A DNA stretch of 64,000 nt from Okamejei kenojei. Lineage: Eukaryota. The translations under genes were made by a program, and so were the position numbers. Under the pieces are notes generated by a model. The model saw nothing but the letters and a program-made list of their open reading frames with translations, was not told the origin of the DNA and did not search any database. Positions 63,641 through 64,000 of this stretch are shown here, piece by piece (the stretch's first letter is position 1; each line of letters opens with the position of its first letter). The stretch spans positions 1 to 64,000 of the forward strand of contig JAVHYY010000181.1 in the NCBI GenBank assembly GCA_035221665.1. Reading direction: 5' to 3'.

Positions 63641-64000
63641 AGTCAGAGAGACATACAGTGTGGAAACAGGCCCTTCGGCCCAACCTGCGCACACCGACCA
63701 ACGTGTCCCATCTACACGAGCCCCACTTGCCCGCGTTTCACCCATATCCCTCTCATCCTGTCCTATCCAATGTCTAATTGGATATATATGTCTAATATAT
63801 GTCTAATAACCTCTTAATCGAAGATAGTAACATTTTGGAAGGATACATGGGTGTGTAAGGAGCGGTCATATGTTCGTAAGTGATAGGAGCAGAATTTGGC
63901 CATTCGGCCCATCAAGTCTACTCCGCCATTCAGTCATGGCTGATCTCTCTTTCCCTCTTAACTCAATCCCCCTTCCTTTTCCCCATGAACCCTGACACCC

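Larger units (their letters stand above)
40130..64000. repeat. Three copies of a ~7 kb A-B-C V triplet cassette
   Basis: Cassettes start at 'cattcgcaccagttac' near 40130, 50597 and 57729; V order A, B, C (second cassette has an inverted B in place of C). Confidence 0.85.

Noticed and set aside
1-64000. CRISPR array or prokaryotic defence system
   Set aside because: Repeats are kb-scale eukaryotic duplications with spliceosomal introns and LINEs; no short repeat-spacer pattern.

Overview
Eukaryotic, non-microbial DNA: part of a germline antigen-receptor variable-gene array, most consistent with a T-cell receptor alpha/delta (TRAV/TRDV-like) V cluster. The CR1 LINE and Penelope-like repeat content suggests a cartilaginous fish, probably a skate or ray (inference). 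I count 22 V gene copies, each built as a 46-nt leader exon, a phase-1 intron, a V exon and a 23-bp-spacer RSS. 21 lie on the minus strand and one is inverted. No D, J or C segments are visible. From ~1-37.5 kb there are 13 tandem ~2-3.8 kb units of family 1 (short 79-83 nt intron; 6 intact). From ~40-64 kb there are three copies of an A-B-C triplet of family 2 (long LINE-filled intron; 2 intact genes plus one intact V exon whose leader lies beyond the window). Many copies carry scattered indels next to N gaps, so several pseudogene calls may be consensus errors. Main observations: (1) a CTCF-type motif at a fixed 24 bp beyond the RSS nonamer in nearly every copy, co-oriented with the V, as described for mammalian D-proximal VH genes; (2) in family 2 a CR1 LINE inserted 4 nt inside the V exon, and the gene appears rescued by an antisense LINE-derived splice acceptor, with the old acceptor still visible; (3) a non-canonical Cys in all Vs and a second one in subfamily A; (4) a tRNA-Ser(GCT) relic and a minimal hammerhead-like motif amplified in the family-1 units; (5) CDR1-focused, mosaic divergence among paralogs.
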